Assembly: GCF_006345805.1 (NCBI RefSeq)
Contig: NC_043012.1
Location: forward strand, 26,164,001 to 26,228,000
Direction of reading: 5' to 3'
Source of the DNA: Octopus sinensis
Lineage: Eukaryota
DNA: 64,000 nucleotides
The notes beneath the pieces are model-generated. The model did no database searches and had not been told where the DNA came from. It saw only the letters and a program-made list of their open reading frames with translations. Of this stretch, positions 23,500 through 37,400 are shown one piece after another. Every line of letters starts with the position of its first letter. Position 1 is the first letter of the stretch. Position numbers and translations under genes: made by a program.

Positions 23500-24034
23500 T
23501 ACTGTAGAAAGCATTCACGAAATTTGTCCATGACTCGACGGGTCATTTCATGCGGGATGGCAGCAATTTCTTGACGAATGGCCTCTCTTTTAGTTGTTCA
23601 GTAAATCGGGTGCGATGACTGTATACCTCTGATTTCGTGTACCCTCACAATAAAATATCGCACGGGTTCAAATCAGGTGATCAGGTGGGTTAGCCGATGG
23701 CACCTTGCAATGAGATCAAATCACCGTGGAACATCTCCCTCCAAATCCCCATCGCAAGTCGTGAAGTGTGGGTTGGTGTCCCATCCTGTGGAAGCCAAAC
23801 ATTGTCCCCATACTGTTTTACTTGTTTCAGTCATTTGACTGTGGCCATGCTGGAGCACCGCCTTTAGTCGAGCAAATCGATCCCAGAACTTATTCTTTGG
23901 GAGCCTAGTACTTATTCTATCGGTCTCTTTTGCCGAACTGCTAGGCTACGATGACGTAAACACACCAGCGTCGGTTGTCAAGCGATGTTGGTGGGACAAC
24001 CACAGACACACAAACATACACACACACACACACT

Positions 24035-24075
<41 letters not shown>

Positions 24076-24551
24076 GTACATATATGCGACGGGCTTCTTT
24101 CAGTTTCCACTCACAAGGCTTTGGTCGGCCCGAGGCTATAGTAGAAGATACTTGACCAAGGTGCCACGCAGTGGAACTGAACCCGGAACCATTTGGTTGG
24201 TAAGCAAGCTACTTAACACAGCCACTCCTACGCATCACACAATATCGATCAGAGTTCACAGTCACTGTAACATTATCTTCTTCGAAGAATTACGAACCCC
24301 AAATGACGAATTCTACTGCCGCAGAATTTCGAGTAGGGATCATGTCTATCTAGCCTTAAGTGCACACGGAATGCTCTTCGTACCGCAGTTACGGATTCGT
24401 TGTTCTTGATAAACGTCTCCACAACGAAAGCGAAGTGAAACAAAATGTCAAAAATGGCACCTATTGAAACAAAATGGTATTATATGTACATATTACTCTA
24501 TTTCACTTTTATCAAACCTACAAATGTGTCAGATCATTTTGTTGCACCCTG
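23500..24551 (-). mobile_element. Tc1/mariner DD41D (rosa) relic interrupted by a SINE
   Basis: TA|CAGGGTGCAACAAAAATG end; KNNESVTAVRRAFR..FFEEDNVTVTVNSDRY | VWLPQD-(41 aa, with SPDLNPC)-D..AIRQEIAAIP. Confidence 0.85.
23815..24231 (-). mobile_element. SINE family A nested in the DD41D relic
   Basis: Full reverse complement of family A, ending ACAGCCACTCCTACGC. Confidence 0.92.
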
Positions 24552-24571
24552 TATAAAGCTTGAATTGACAT

Positions 24572-24913
24572 GCTGAAGAATCAACAGCTCACCAACAAGT
24601 GGAATTTCGCATGAGGATTAGCACCATTTAAGAAATGTAAATTGGTTAGACTTATAATCCGTGAATCCTAAAGAGTGGACAGCGGATTGATGTTATTACG
24701 TCACTCTGCTCCTACCTCATCAGGATTACCCAATATACAAGCGCACGACGATATGATGCTGAATCAACAGATCATCAGTAATTAAAATTTCGGATCAGAA
24801 TTTCCACCATTAAAGTGGGTGGATATATAATCCGTTAATCTAGAAGATGGATAGCAAGCGTGATGATATTAAAGCGTGCAGTAACCTAACGGTGAATCAA
24901 CAGCTCACCAATT
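24572..24913. repeat. Three diverged direct repeats headed by GAATCAACAG(C/A)TCA(C/T)CA
   Basis: Motif at ~24578, ~24761 and ~24894; the first two also share AATTTCG..CACCATT..TATAATCCGT.AATC. Confidence 0.6.
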
Positions 24914-24996
24914 GTGAATAACAGATTGATGTTGTAAATTATAGTTGAAAGTTATATTTAATATATGTCATTAAACACAGCGGCGTCCATTATAGG

Positions 24997-25403
24997 GGCT
25001 GTACCTGTAAATTGGGATAGCATCTCATCGGATCGCAAGCGCCAAGCGTGACATTTGACTTCAGTAAAACATTTTGTAAATCACTTGCCGACGTTCTTCT
25101 CCAAAAGCTATTCCCTGTGTTTATATTGATTAGCATATCAAAAAAGTAATAAGGTTAATAAATTGAAGCGCTTCTTATTTATTTACTTAATTCATATTGA
25201 TTAAAGTGCTCCGATTAATTATTGCAAAACTTATAGAATATCAGCTTAAATGAAGGGGGATCCAGCTAATTATTTATTATTCAGGGAAAATCATTTAAGG
25301 GCAAAAAAAAATGCATGAGAGTATAAAAGGCATAGAGGGTTATACCGCAAAATGTTTTTTTTTTATGTAATATCTGCCAACTAATTATTTTACGGGTACA
25401 GTC
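24997..25403. mobile_element. Possible MITE with short terminal inverted repeats
   Basis: GGCTGTACCTGTAAA versus TTTACGGGTACAGTC. Confidence 0.4.
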
Positions 25404-25428
25404 ATTTGATTTATTTCATCTCTATTAT

Positions 25429-25657
<229 letters not shown>

Positions 25658-25658
25658 A

Positions 25659-26045
25659 GGCGGCGAGCTGGCACATTCGTTAGCACGCCGGGCGAAATGC
25701 TTAGCGGTATCTCGTCTGCCGTTACGGTCTGAGTTCAAATTCCGGCGAGGTCGACTTTGCCTTTCATACTTTCGGGGTCGATTAAATAAGTACCAGTTAC
25801 GCACTGGGGTCGATGTAATCGACTTAATCTGTTTGTCTCTTTAGCCCCTTGTGGGTAGTAAAGAAATAGAAATAGGTATTTCGTCTGCCGCTACGTTCTA
25901 AGTTCAAATTTTGCCGAGGTTGACTTCGCATTTTATCCTTTCGAGGGTGGGGGCGATTAGTTAAGAACCAGTTGCCCGCTGGATCAATGTAATCAATTTA
26001 ATCCCATCCTCCAAGCAGCCCTTTTGGCAAAAAATTTGAAGTCAA
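25659..26045 (+). mobile_element. SINE family B (Deu/Nin-domain-like), dimeric
   Basis: GGCGGCGAGCTGGC head, GAGTTCAAATTCC B box, GCCTTTCATNCTTTCGGGGTCGAT..AAGTACCAG domain present twice. Confidence 0.85.
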
Positions 26046-26107
26046 CATTATTATTATTATTATTATTATTGCTATTGTTATTATTATTATCCTTATTATC
26101 ATTATTA

Positions 26108-26143
<36 letters not shown>

Positions 26144-26144
<1 letters not shown>

Positions 26145-26617
26145 GAGTGAGAGAGCAGTGCATGCCATCAAAGTGACACTGGGGTAAAATATACGAAGCC
26201 CAATATACCCATCATGACTACCCGTCTGATAAAGGTACACCAGGCACATGCATCACAACCATATGTGCGCGACATGGTGATCTCATATCAGATAAACAGC
26301 ACATGACCTTGCAGGTGGGGCCCAGTTAGAATTTTCTTCAGGTTGAGTAGCCCATCCCGCTCAAAAGGTCCCTGAATAAGGGTTGTTTAAGGATGTTGAA
26401 AGAACCACCATGTTTCCAGAGGTGAATTATTCAAACCCCAAAGAATCCTCTCAACACATGGCTATGATGCTCCCCACTACTTCTGCTCGTGATCAGAGAT
26501 GCACATATCGTCAGCCACTAAGGGACATGCTCAACTGGTTAAGGTCAAACAACTGACAAGCAAATCTGTGGTATTGAGCAGAATATTTGCTGTAGCCCAT
26601 CTTTTATACCAAGACAA
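26144..26617 (-). mobile_element. 545-bp (TAA)n-associated element, truncated copy
   Basis: Reverse complement of ~1502-1968. Confidence 0.9.
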
Positions 26618-26785
26618 AACATCTTTTATACCAAGACAACCATCTTTTATACCAAGACAACCATATTTTATACCAAGACAACCATATTTTATACCAAGAC
26701 AACCATCTTTTATACCAAGACAACCATCTTTTATACCAAGACAACCATCTTTTATACCAAGACAACCATCTTTTATACCAAGACA

Positions 26786-26786
<1 letters not shown>
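26597..26786. repeat. 9 x 21-bp minisatellite CCATCTTTTATACCAAGACAA
   Basis: Direct count; the unit is single-copy in the other element copies. Confidence 0.95.
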
Positions 26787-26821
<35 letters not shown>

Positions 26822-26848
26822 TTATTGTTATTGTTATTGTTATTGTTA

Positions 26849-26895
<47 letters not shown>

Positions 26896-26902
26896 TTAAA
26901 GT

Positions 26903-27315
26903 CTTACTTGAAAAGGAAACAGAGATTGAAGAGTGAAGTGCTGTCTTCGAGTGAGTTTATTGAAAGTTGCGAAAGTAGCAAGAGCGGATGGCACTTCTCT
27001 GTGTGTAGACCTGTGAGTCGGAGAGGAGAAACTGGAGACGGCACTTGCTGTTGTAGTTTCAGGGAAATCTCAGACAGTGGGGTCTCTCGATTATCGCTAC
27101 AGACCTTCGTGAATCAAGAAAGCCACATCTCTACCATGCTCCCCACAACTTCTTTTTCTCAACCATTGTATGCTACGCATACGTCCCTTCTTTTTCATTG
27201 TGTACCGTGTATACTTACATCTTTTTATCATTTCAGTATATGTAAACCCCAACACTTTATATCTGTCTTTATATTATCCCCGTCACCCTTCACGCTTATG
27301 GCAAATAAATAAAAT
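26903..27315 (+). mobile_element. Tx1-like LINE 3' fragment, diverged
   Basis: LKRKQRLKSEVLSSSEF resembles LKRKLRVERQVLSSECF at 41180; ends in AATAAATAAAA. Confidence 0.5.
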
Positions 27316-27445
27316 CATAATTATCGTTACTACAATTGCTGTTGTTATTGTTGCTGTTCTTGTTGTTGTTGTTCTTGTTGTTGTTAGTAGTAGTAATAGT
27401 AGTAGTAGTAGTAGCAGCAGCAGCAGCAGCAGCAGCACCACCACC

Positions 27446-27513
<68 letters not shown>

Positions 27514-28402
27514 CACCACCTCTAATACAACTAGTTTTAATACCCTTACTCTGCCTGCTCGTATTGCATGCACTTCTGGTTTACGTTTTTCTTATTCTGG
27601 TTTTTATTAGTACTATTAACAATATATTTTAAATACTATGAGACTAAACGTTACTAGTCTAATATATCCGAGGGCAGGCGATATTACGCCTAAACTATGG
27701 TTTACTTTGGCTGTAATATAATTTTCTACGACATTCTATTCTATGTATTTCATCATTTCTCATCGTAATCCTAATTTTGTCCCTGCCTGTTTCCGGTGAT
27801 GTTTAAAACGATTTTATCTTCAGACTAGTTACCTCGCAGTTGTTTCTCAGCAATTGTTAATAAATATTACGATTCCCACCGAGGAATTTATTAATGCTTC
27901 TGTCTCTGTTTCCATATTGCATAATGGCGTACGACTTTTAGTAAAGTTTGATTACTAAATAAATGCAGAAAATACATGTATATTTATATAGACTTATATA
28001 CATAAATGTACACACACAAACATACACACGCAAAAATATACGTATACGTATAAAAAAACCATCATATATTGTGTAATATGAATACTTATGTTATATATAT
28101 ATAAATATATATACATATATATATTAATATATACATGCATATATGCGCAGCGAGCGTTGTTTCAGAAGCAATCGTATTGACAGTTTAACATGTTTGGATG
28201 TAAAGATATTCAAGAGAACATACGATAAAAACAGACCCAATTACTCCAACCTTACACACCTACTCACCTATCGTATACTGGTATATACCTGTTCAATATA
28301 CAGACACATACATATGTACATCTACCTACATAGACACAAAAAACGCACACACTCACACAGACAAACACACGAACATACACATATATATATATATATACAT
28401 AA

Positions 28403-28446
<44 letters not shown>

Positions 28447-29633
28447 CATACATGGGCACGAGCTTGTATGGGTATTTGCATAAATCTATGCATATGTATA
28501 TATGAGTGTATATGTACTGTGAGCAGCCATACACATATTCATACGTATCTTAAGCATACACACAGCTCATAGGAACACACATACACATATTATTTTTTGC
28601 CGTACATTCCTGCATATACACGTATGCAAACTCATGTCCGTGCATATACAGAATAAATACATGTAGATATGTATATATATATATATATATATATAAATAT
28701 AGTATATATATATAGTATATTATATATATCATGAATATAGAGATCCCTATATGCATCCATACACGATTTGTTTCGCATAGTTTTTTAAAATAGAAAAAAG
28801 CGATGCAATATACGACAACACATATATGTATACATAGCTATATATACATATAAATATATATATACATTAATATATATACATACATATTTACGTATATATG
28901 TATATATATATATATCTATCTATATATATATGTGTATATATGTGTGTGTGTCTGCATATATAAATATACACACACACACATATATATATATGTGGGTGTG
29001 TGTGCGTGCGTATTTATAAGCATATATTTTCCCCACTTATACATATATATATATATATATATACGTGTGTACAAGCATATATTTTTCCCCTCTTAGTGTG
29101 CCCCCTTTCAAGTTTTTATTGATGTTTACACTGTTTGCTCTGCATCTAAAATTTTCCTTTCTCTTCTCCCCCCCCCCTCACTCCCAAAACTTCAATGCAA
29201 TTGACTGCTTGAGATGTGTCTCCTTTACTTATCTTCCTATTTACACTTCATTGAACTTTCGATAATATTTGAAACCTGGTGGTTTCGTAGTGATAAGAGA
29301 CTGGCATTTCATTGAAATATTATACAAGTGATGATTTGCTAGCTGCCATATTGAGAAAAGGAGGAAAAGAGAAAGATAGAGAGAGAGGAAAAAGGGGGAA
29401 GTGTTATAGAGATTGGGGTGAGAGTATGAGGAGGAAGGATAGGCTTCTGAGGGAGCAGGAAATGTTGAGAGAAATATGTACGTTAGTGTATTCATATATA
29501 TATATATATAATATATATATACAAACTCAAACACCCATGTATATATGTATGCATACATGCATATATATACATATACGTATACATATATATATATACGTAT
29601 AAATACACACACACATACACATATATATATATA

Positions 29634-29664
<31 letters not shown>

Positions 29665-29999
29665 AATCATACATATACATATACACAGATGTATAGTGAC
29701 TTATATATATAGTGTATATCTGTGTACATGTATAGTTGCGTGCATGGAGATATATGTGAATATACCTATACACATATAGTTTAGATACTATATAATCTAT
29801 ATATATATATATATCTATATATATATACATGTAAATTTATATATATAGATATGTACTTATGTCTATATGTATGTATATACGTATGTATGTATGTATGTAT
29901 GTATGTATGTATGTATGTCTGTATGTATGTAGAGCTAGATAGATAGATACATATATATATATATATACATAGATAGATGGATAGGTCTATAGATAGAAT

Positions 30000-30122
<123 letters not shown>

Positions 30123-30394
30123 GCACCATGTGATTCAAGGTGTGAGAAAATTATAAATCAAATGTTAAGGATGGAGAATAAAAGAGAAGAGATATGAAAG
30201 ATCAGGATGTGAAAGAAAGCAGTAAACGGATGGAAATTTCACGTATTAATTAATATGTATCTATTTATCTAAACATATCATTCAATGTTCCTAAGGTTAA
30301 TGGCATCGCAGATTGGCTCTGTATGTATGTATGTTTGTGCGCATTTATGCAAAGATATGAGCCGAATTATATTTTGTGTGTGCTATTAACGAAG

Positions 30395-30494
30395 NNNNNN
30401 NNNNNNNNNNNNNNNNNNNNNNNNNNNNNNNNNNNNNNNNNNNNNNNNNNNNNNNNNNNNNNNNNNNNNNNNNNNNNNNNNNNNNNNNNNNNNN
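30395..30494. other. Assembly gap (100 N)
   Basis: Run of N. Confidence 1.
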
Positions 30495-30592
30495 CTTTTA
30501 TATGTGCTGATGCGCCAATATATACTCTGGGTGTGTGTGTGTGTGTGTGTTATGGATTGTGGATATGTACATTTATACAGAGAGAGTGGGGT

Positions 30593-30643
<51 letters not shown>

Positions 30644-31309
30644 TGATAGATAGATACGTAGATAGATAGATAGACAGAAAGATGGATAGATATAAAGATA
30701 TACATATATAGACATGTTTGTGTATATATATATATATTATATATATATATTATATATAATATTTATATGTGTGCATACATATGCATATATGTGTATGTGT
30801 GTGTGTGTATGTGTGTACACACATCAGCAAGTATATATTCATATATATATATATACATAACGTACGTAATTGTATATCTATTCATATATATGCTTGTTGA
30901 TAAATATGTAAATATATATATGTGTGTGTGTGTGTATAGCTATTGACATATGCGTGTGTATGTGTGTGCTTGCGCACGTGCGCGTATGTCAGTATATCCG
31001 TGTATATGTGTGTATTTATGTTCACTCTTGCATATTTTCTAAATAAGGCCGTGATAGATGCAACATATCTGTTGGATTTGATAAATATTAAAGATAGATT
31101 TTTTCTCAACCACACGGCAACTGTAATAACTATTCACCACTTGAAACCATTCTGCATTAACAGAACTGATGATGAAGACTAAAGTTTCTGTCTGCTTCAC
31201 TCTTTTTCGCCCTCCCCCCGCCCCTGAAACGAAGTATTTCTTCCAGAAATGCCAAATTTATTGAAGTAACATGGTTACGTTTTATATAGCTCCGTTTCGA
31301 AAAATGTAG

Positions 31310-31640
31310 ATTTCAGATTCGGTTCTTATCCGTGTTACCACCTTCCAATATCTGAGAAGGGCGGGAAATCTTTCTCTGCCTAGTTGCTGTGGCAAAGGAA
31401 GCTGTGTGGTGGACCAATTTAAATGGTTTGATGGCAGGCACTTTCCTATATGGCCAATCTCTCAACAATTTCTTCAAATATAATTTGAAGAGAAAGAAAC
31501 GCATGCAGAAGTGGGTACTGTCTTCTCGTGTGTATTTCAAAAAGGGGACGAGAGTGTCATGAAATGAGTAGCAGAATGGATTTATTCTGCATATGCTTTT
31601 CTAACAAGGAGTAAAGATTCCATGCCTTTTGTGTGACAGA
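31310..31640 (+). mobile_element. Tx1-like LINE ORF2 C-terminal fragment
   Basis: IFLCLVAVAKEAVWWTNLNGLMAGTFLYGQSLNNFFKYNLKRK..VLSS aligns with the 41119 copy. Confidence 0.7.
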
Positions 31641-31652
31641 ATAATTGGGGAC

Positions 31653-32100
31653 CATCACAACCATATGTGCGCGACATGGTGATCTCATATCAAGATAAAC
31701 AGCACATGAACTTGCAGGTGGGACCCAGTTAGAATTTTGTTCTGGTCGAGTAACCCATCCCGCTCAAAAGTCCCTGAATAAGGGTTGTTTAAGGATGTTG
31801 AACGAAACACCCATATTTCCAGAGGTGAATTATTCAAACCTCAAAGAATCCCTCTCAGCACATGGCTATGATGCTCCCCCACTACTTTTGCTCGTGATAA
31901 GAGATACACATATCGTCAGCCACTAAGGGACATGCTCAACTGGTTAAGGTCAAACAACTGTCAGGTAAATCTGTGGTATTGAGCAGAATATTTGCTGTAG
32001 CCCATCTCTTATACCAAAACAAAACAATGTACATGATAACACTTCCAATCAGTTAAAATCAGAAGCCATGAGAGCCACTGCCTGGTACAGCATCAGGGCA
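31653..32100 (-). mobile_element. 545-bp (TAA)n-associated element, truncated at the opposite end
   Basis: Reverse complement of 1424-~1860. Confidence 0.9.
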
Positions 32101-32102
32101 TA

Positions 32103-32171
<69 letters not shown>

Positions 32172-32215
32172 CATTATTATTATTATTATCATTATTATCA
32201 TCATCATTATTATTA

Positions 32216-32274
<59 letters not shown>

Positions 32275-32287
32275 TATTATCATCATC

Positions 32288-32362
<75 letters not shown>

Positions 32363-32491
32363 TATTATTATTATTATTATTATCATCAATCATCATTATT
32401 ATTATTATTATTATTATATTATTATTATTATTATTATTATATATTATTATTATTATTATTATCATCATCATCATTATGTTTATTATTATTA

Positions 32492-32560
<69 letters not shown>
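32101..32560. repeat. Long (TAT)n microsatellite
   Basis: Direct reading, ~460 bp. Confidence 0.97.
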
Positions 32561-32564
<4 letters not shown>

Positions 32565-32882
32565 TAGTTCTATTTTTATTGCGTGCCTTGGGTATGTGCT
32601 GTGATTTGTTGTGATGCTCTGATGGTTACTTTATTGAAAGTGTCTTACCTAGGATGTGTGCAGTGCCCAGTAGTGCAATTTTCTGTATGTTATATATATA
32701 TACGTGAAAGTCCTGGTTTTTTTGCTATGTATTTGTCTGAATATTTTTTATCGTACCTAATGCGCTTACTATGATAGGAATTGTTTCTGTTTTTTGATTC
32801 CATATTCTAGTTACCTCTATTTCCGGGTCCTAGTATATTGAAAGTTTCTCCATTTCTTTTAGAAACACGTTGTCATCTGCTG
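32561..32882 (-). mobile_element. R4/Dong-clade non-LTR retrotransposon 3' end in (TAA)n
   Basis: ADDNVFLKEMEKLSIY*DPEIEVTRIWNQKTETIPIIVSALG..NIQKIALLGTAHILGKTL is the tail of a restriction-like endonuclease; Dong elements are known to target (TAA)n. Confidence 0.85.
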
Positions 32883-32898
32883 ATCATTATTATTTTTA

Positions 32899-32964
<66 letters not shown>

Positions 32965-32982
32965 CATTATCATCATTATTAA

Positions 32983-33200
32983 GGCAGCGAGCTGTCAGAG
33001 GCGTTAGCATGCCAGATGAAATGCTTGGTGGCATTTCGCCCGTCGCTACGCTCACAGTTCAAATTCCGTCGAGGTCGACTTTGCCTTTCATCCTTTCGGG
33101 GTCGATAAATTAAGTACCTGTTGTGTACCGGTTCGATCTAATCGACTATCCCCTTTTACCTAAATTTCAGGCCTTGTGCCTTCAGTAGAAGCGATTATTA
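32983..33200 (+). mobile_element. SINE family B monomer
   Basis: Head, GTCGACTTTGCCTTTCATCCTTTCGGGGTCGATAAA domain and (ATT)n tail. Confidence 0.88.
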
Positions 33201-34044
33201 TTGCTGCTGTTTTTTTTCTTTGTTGGGAAGAGGGGGGGGGAAGAAGAGGAAAAGAGAAGAGAAGGGGAGTAGAGAAAAAGAATTCCAGTAAGATTGAGTG
33301 GAGGGGAGGAGGAAGAGAAGGAGGTGGGGGATAGGGGTGAAGTGGATTAGTGTGCGGGAAGAGGCTGATGGCGGCCACGATGATTACGATAGTGACTGGA
33401 ACGACATATGTGAAGCTTTTAATTTGCAAAGATGCAGCAGCACAAGAAAACGGGAGAAAGACATACACAGATAAGGCTGAACTGACAATTAGAGAACCAA
33501 AGACAGAGAGAAAGAGAGACATACAGACAGACAGAGAGAACAGAATGATAGAGAGGGAGCGACAGACAGAGAGAAAGAAGTGAAAGAGAGAAAGGAGAAT
33601 GGGAGAGAATAGAACAGAGAACCTCTGACATATTTTCATGATAGATAAGATAAAAGAAAGACGCAAATAATTGAGATGGAAATTATAAGCTTCTGTATAT
33701 TAAATTGGAGGTTTTAGTAATTTCAGAATGATATTTTGAATAAGATATTTGAAGGAGAAATATGTTGTTATTGCGAGAAAATCGTAAAGAATCTGTAGAA
33801 AATTTGAAACACTCTAGGCTAAGAATGTATGATATTAATAATTTTAAATAATGTAAAGAATAATAAAGCTCATATTTACGACGTACCCTGGCATGCACAC
33901 ACATGTAAATTATATACATACATATATATATATATATATGTATGTATATAATTTACATATATATATATATGTGTGTGTGTGTATGTGTGTGTGTGTGTGT
34001 ATGTATATTATATGTACGTATGTATATGTATGTGTGTGTACATA

Positions 34045-34226
34045 GGCCTAGGCGTGGCTGTGTGGTAAGCAGCTTCCTTCCCAACCACATGGTTACGGGT
34101 TCACTCCCACTGCGTGGCACATTCGGCAAGTGTCTCCTACTATACCGTCGGGCCGACCAAAGCCTTATGAAAACGGGAGAAAGACGTGCACAAGTCAGGC
34201 TGAAATGACAATCAGAGAACTAAGGT

Positions 34227-34275
<49 letters not shown>

Positions 34276-34625
34276 GATTAACAGAGACGGAGAGGCAGAG
34301 AGAGAGAGAAGGAAATAAAAGCGAGACAGAAGAAAGAGAGAGAATAAAACAAGGTTTTGGTAGACGGAAACTGAAAGAAGCCCGTCGTATATATGTGCGT
34401 GTGTGTGCATTTTTGTTTCTGTGTTTGTCCACCCCTCCCAACATCGCTTGATAACGGATGATCGTGTTTTTTTACGTCCCCGTAACCTAGTGGTTCGGCA
34501 AAAGAGACCGATGGAATAAGTTTTAGACTTACAAAGAATAGGTCTTGGGGTCGATTTGTTTGACTAAATGCGGTGCTCCAGCATGGCGGCAGTCAAATGA
34601 GTGAAACAAGTAAAATAAAAGAATA
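34045..34625 (+). mobile_element. SINE family A interrupted by a GA-rich insert (~34168-34352)
   Basis: Head ends AAAGCCTT; the body resumes at TTTGGTAGACGGAAACTG. Confidence 0.85.
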
Positions 34626-34794
34626 ATAAATATGTGTGAGGTATGAGTGCATGTGTGCGTGTGTGTGTGTGTGTCAGTGTACATATACATGTAAGTATGT
34701 ATGTAAATACGTATGTCTGTGTGTAATTATGCATGCATGCATGTTTGTATGTATACATGTATGCATGTGTGCATGTAGATATGTATTATGTATG

Positions 34795-35059
34795 TAGGTG
34801 GGCAGGCAAGTAGTTAGGTATGTATGCATGTATGTATGTATGCATGTATGTAGGTAGGTAGGTACGTAAGTTGGTAGGTAGGTAGGTAGATAGGTAGGTA
34901 TGTAGGTAAGTAGGTAAGTAGGTAGGTAGGTAGGTAGATATGTAGGTAGGTAGGTAGGTAGGTAGGTAGGTAGATATGTAGGTAGGTAGGTAGGTAGATA
35001 TGTAGGTAGGTAGGTAGGTAGGTAGGTAGGTAGGTAGGTAGGTAGGTATGTAGGTAGGT
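34795..35059. repeat. (TAGG)n tetranucleotide array
   Basis: Direct reading. Confidence 0.95.
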
Positions 35060-35424
35060 CTGATTCCTTCTCCCCAGAATATATGGAAAAGTAGCAATAT
35101 CCATTTTATGATATATAAGTGATTTGCGGGAAGCTCCATGCTTGCTGCGATGATAGCCGAGGAGAGAGAGGGACATAATTGATTTATAAAACAAGACAAG
35201 GAGCGATAAATACGATGAAAACGGGAAAGGATATGTAGCATAATATCAGTGACTAGAGTTAGACGTTCTGTGTATGTGTGCGTGCATTTGTTGGCGATGA
35301 ATTGTACTCGAATGATTTTTGGATTGTTATTAATTTTGTGGTTGGTTGAAAATCGATGATAACATTTGGAACATCAACTTTTATATAATGCATTTATTAA
35401 CCTGTTAATAAAAATTATATAGTT

Positions 35425-35495
<71 letters not shown>

Positions 35496-35711
35496 TGTGT
35501 TTTATGTCTAAACTGAAGTTAGATATTGGTTTTTACAATTACATAGAGAAATTTTAATAATTCGAACATTAGCAAGTTTTATACTTCATATATAAATATT
35601 AAAACTTAAAGCAGCTTCTAAAGTTGTGTAATTTCTTATTATAGCTTAGTCGGAGATGTTGTGCATTGTAAAGGGAACTAATTTTTATTATTACTTAATT
35701 AGTCATAATAA

Positions 35712-36260
35712 AGCGGCGAGTATGCAGAATCGTAAAGACAAAAAAAATGTATAACAATATTTCTTCCAGCTCTCTACATTCAGTAAATTCGGAGACTAGC
35801 TGAATCGTTAGCACTCCGGGCGAAATGCTTAGCGGTAGTTCGTCTGCCGTTACGATCTTTTCAGGGTCGATAAATTAAGTACCAGTTACGCACTGGGGCC
35901 AATGTAATCGACTTAATAACTTTTTCTGTCCTTGTTTGTCCCCTTCTGTGTTTAACCCCTTGTGGGTAATAAAAAATAGGTATTTCGTCTGCCTTTACGT
36001 TCTGAGTTCAAGTTCCGTAGAGGTCGACTTTGCCTATCAATCCTTTCGGGGTCGATAAACTAAGTACCAATTGCGTACTGGGGTCGTTCTAATCAACTGG
36101 CCCCCTCCCCCAAAATTTCGTGCCTTGTGCCTAGAGTAGAAAAGAAATTCGGAGGCCAAATTTGCTTTTCTTCCTTTCGGGGTCGATAAAATAAAGTACC
36201 AGTTAAGTACTGGAGTCGGTGTAATCGACCTGTCACCTGCTCTGAAAAGTTGCTGGTCTT
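35712..36260 (+). mobile_element. SINE family B nested/multimeric cluster
   Basis: Two heads (~35712, ~35795) and three GGGTCGATAAA..AAGTACCA domains. Confidence 0.85.
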
Positions 36261-37077
36261 CGTTTCAACAACAGACTAGCGACCCGGTCATGACGAATAC
36301 TTTGATATCGGTCATTTTTACGCTATAGTATCCGAGCAAGCGACTTTATGAACGTATGACTCAAAAGAAAATTTAATTATATCATGTGACTAAAACATTT
36401 ATTTCGTTTTAAGCTCTCATTAGGTGTGAGGTATGTTTTTCTGTGATGTATGGCAAATATGTTAATTCTGAAATTCTTGTGACTTCATTCGGAAACGTTG
36501 ATGAATATCTCTGAGTAATTACTTTAAAAGGTAAGTTATATCGTCTCTGGGGAAGATTGTCAACATCAATTAAAATATTTTCAATGAATTATAGGGACAC
36601 AGTCTTTGCTGACTTAAGATAAGTTAGGCAAAACACACCCACACGTACTCCACGCTCCTCATATATACATGCGTGTGTGTATGCATACACACACATATGT
36701 TTGAATAAACACATATGTTGTTATATCCTACAAATATGTATTATAGTTTTAGATAAACATATATACATATGTTTATATATTATATTATATATATCTGTAT
36801 ATATATATATATTATATTATGCATATATATATGTACATACACACACACACACACACATATATATATACATATATATATATTTATATATATATGCACATTG
36901 TTACCACTGCAACATGGCTGCTCCGTACGGAACGACATTACTACCATGATTTGCACCAGTAGAACGCCTTCTCCAGCTGATTATGCTACAACTACTTTGC
37001 TTGTTCTATATATATATATATATATATAACATACACAACACACACACACACCACACACACACACACACACATATATG

Positions 37078-37130
<53 letters not shown>

Positions 37131-37400
37131 AATATATGCATATTTCATGTGTGTGAATAGACACATATGTGCATAAATATATATTTCGGCTCATACATAA
37201 ATACGTAAATACACACGTATACGGGTATAAATTTATAGGGTGAGAGACAGAGGGGAACAAAAAGATACATACCAGTATATATAAATGTAAATGTATAAAG
37301 TGGTAGTTAACGCGAGCAAAGATAGGAATTCTTTGCGTAAGGAATAATGGATCTGTCCGCTTCTTTGTCTGATTCTATGAGTAAGGAATAGCGGATCTCT

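Noticed and set aside
26597-26786. CRISPR-like appearance of the 21-bp repeats
   Set aside because: No spacers, eukaryotic context, and the unit derives from the adjacent element
34795-35059. (TAGG)n as a telomere or G-quadruplex signal
   Set aside because: It is not TTAGGG, has only GG runs, and grades into (TATG)n like other local microsatellites
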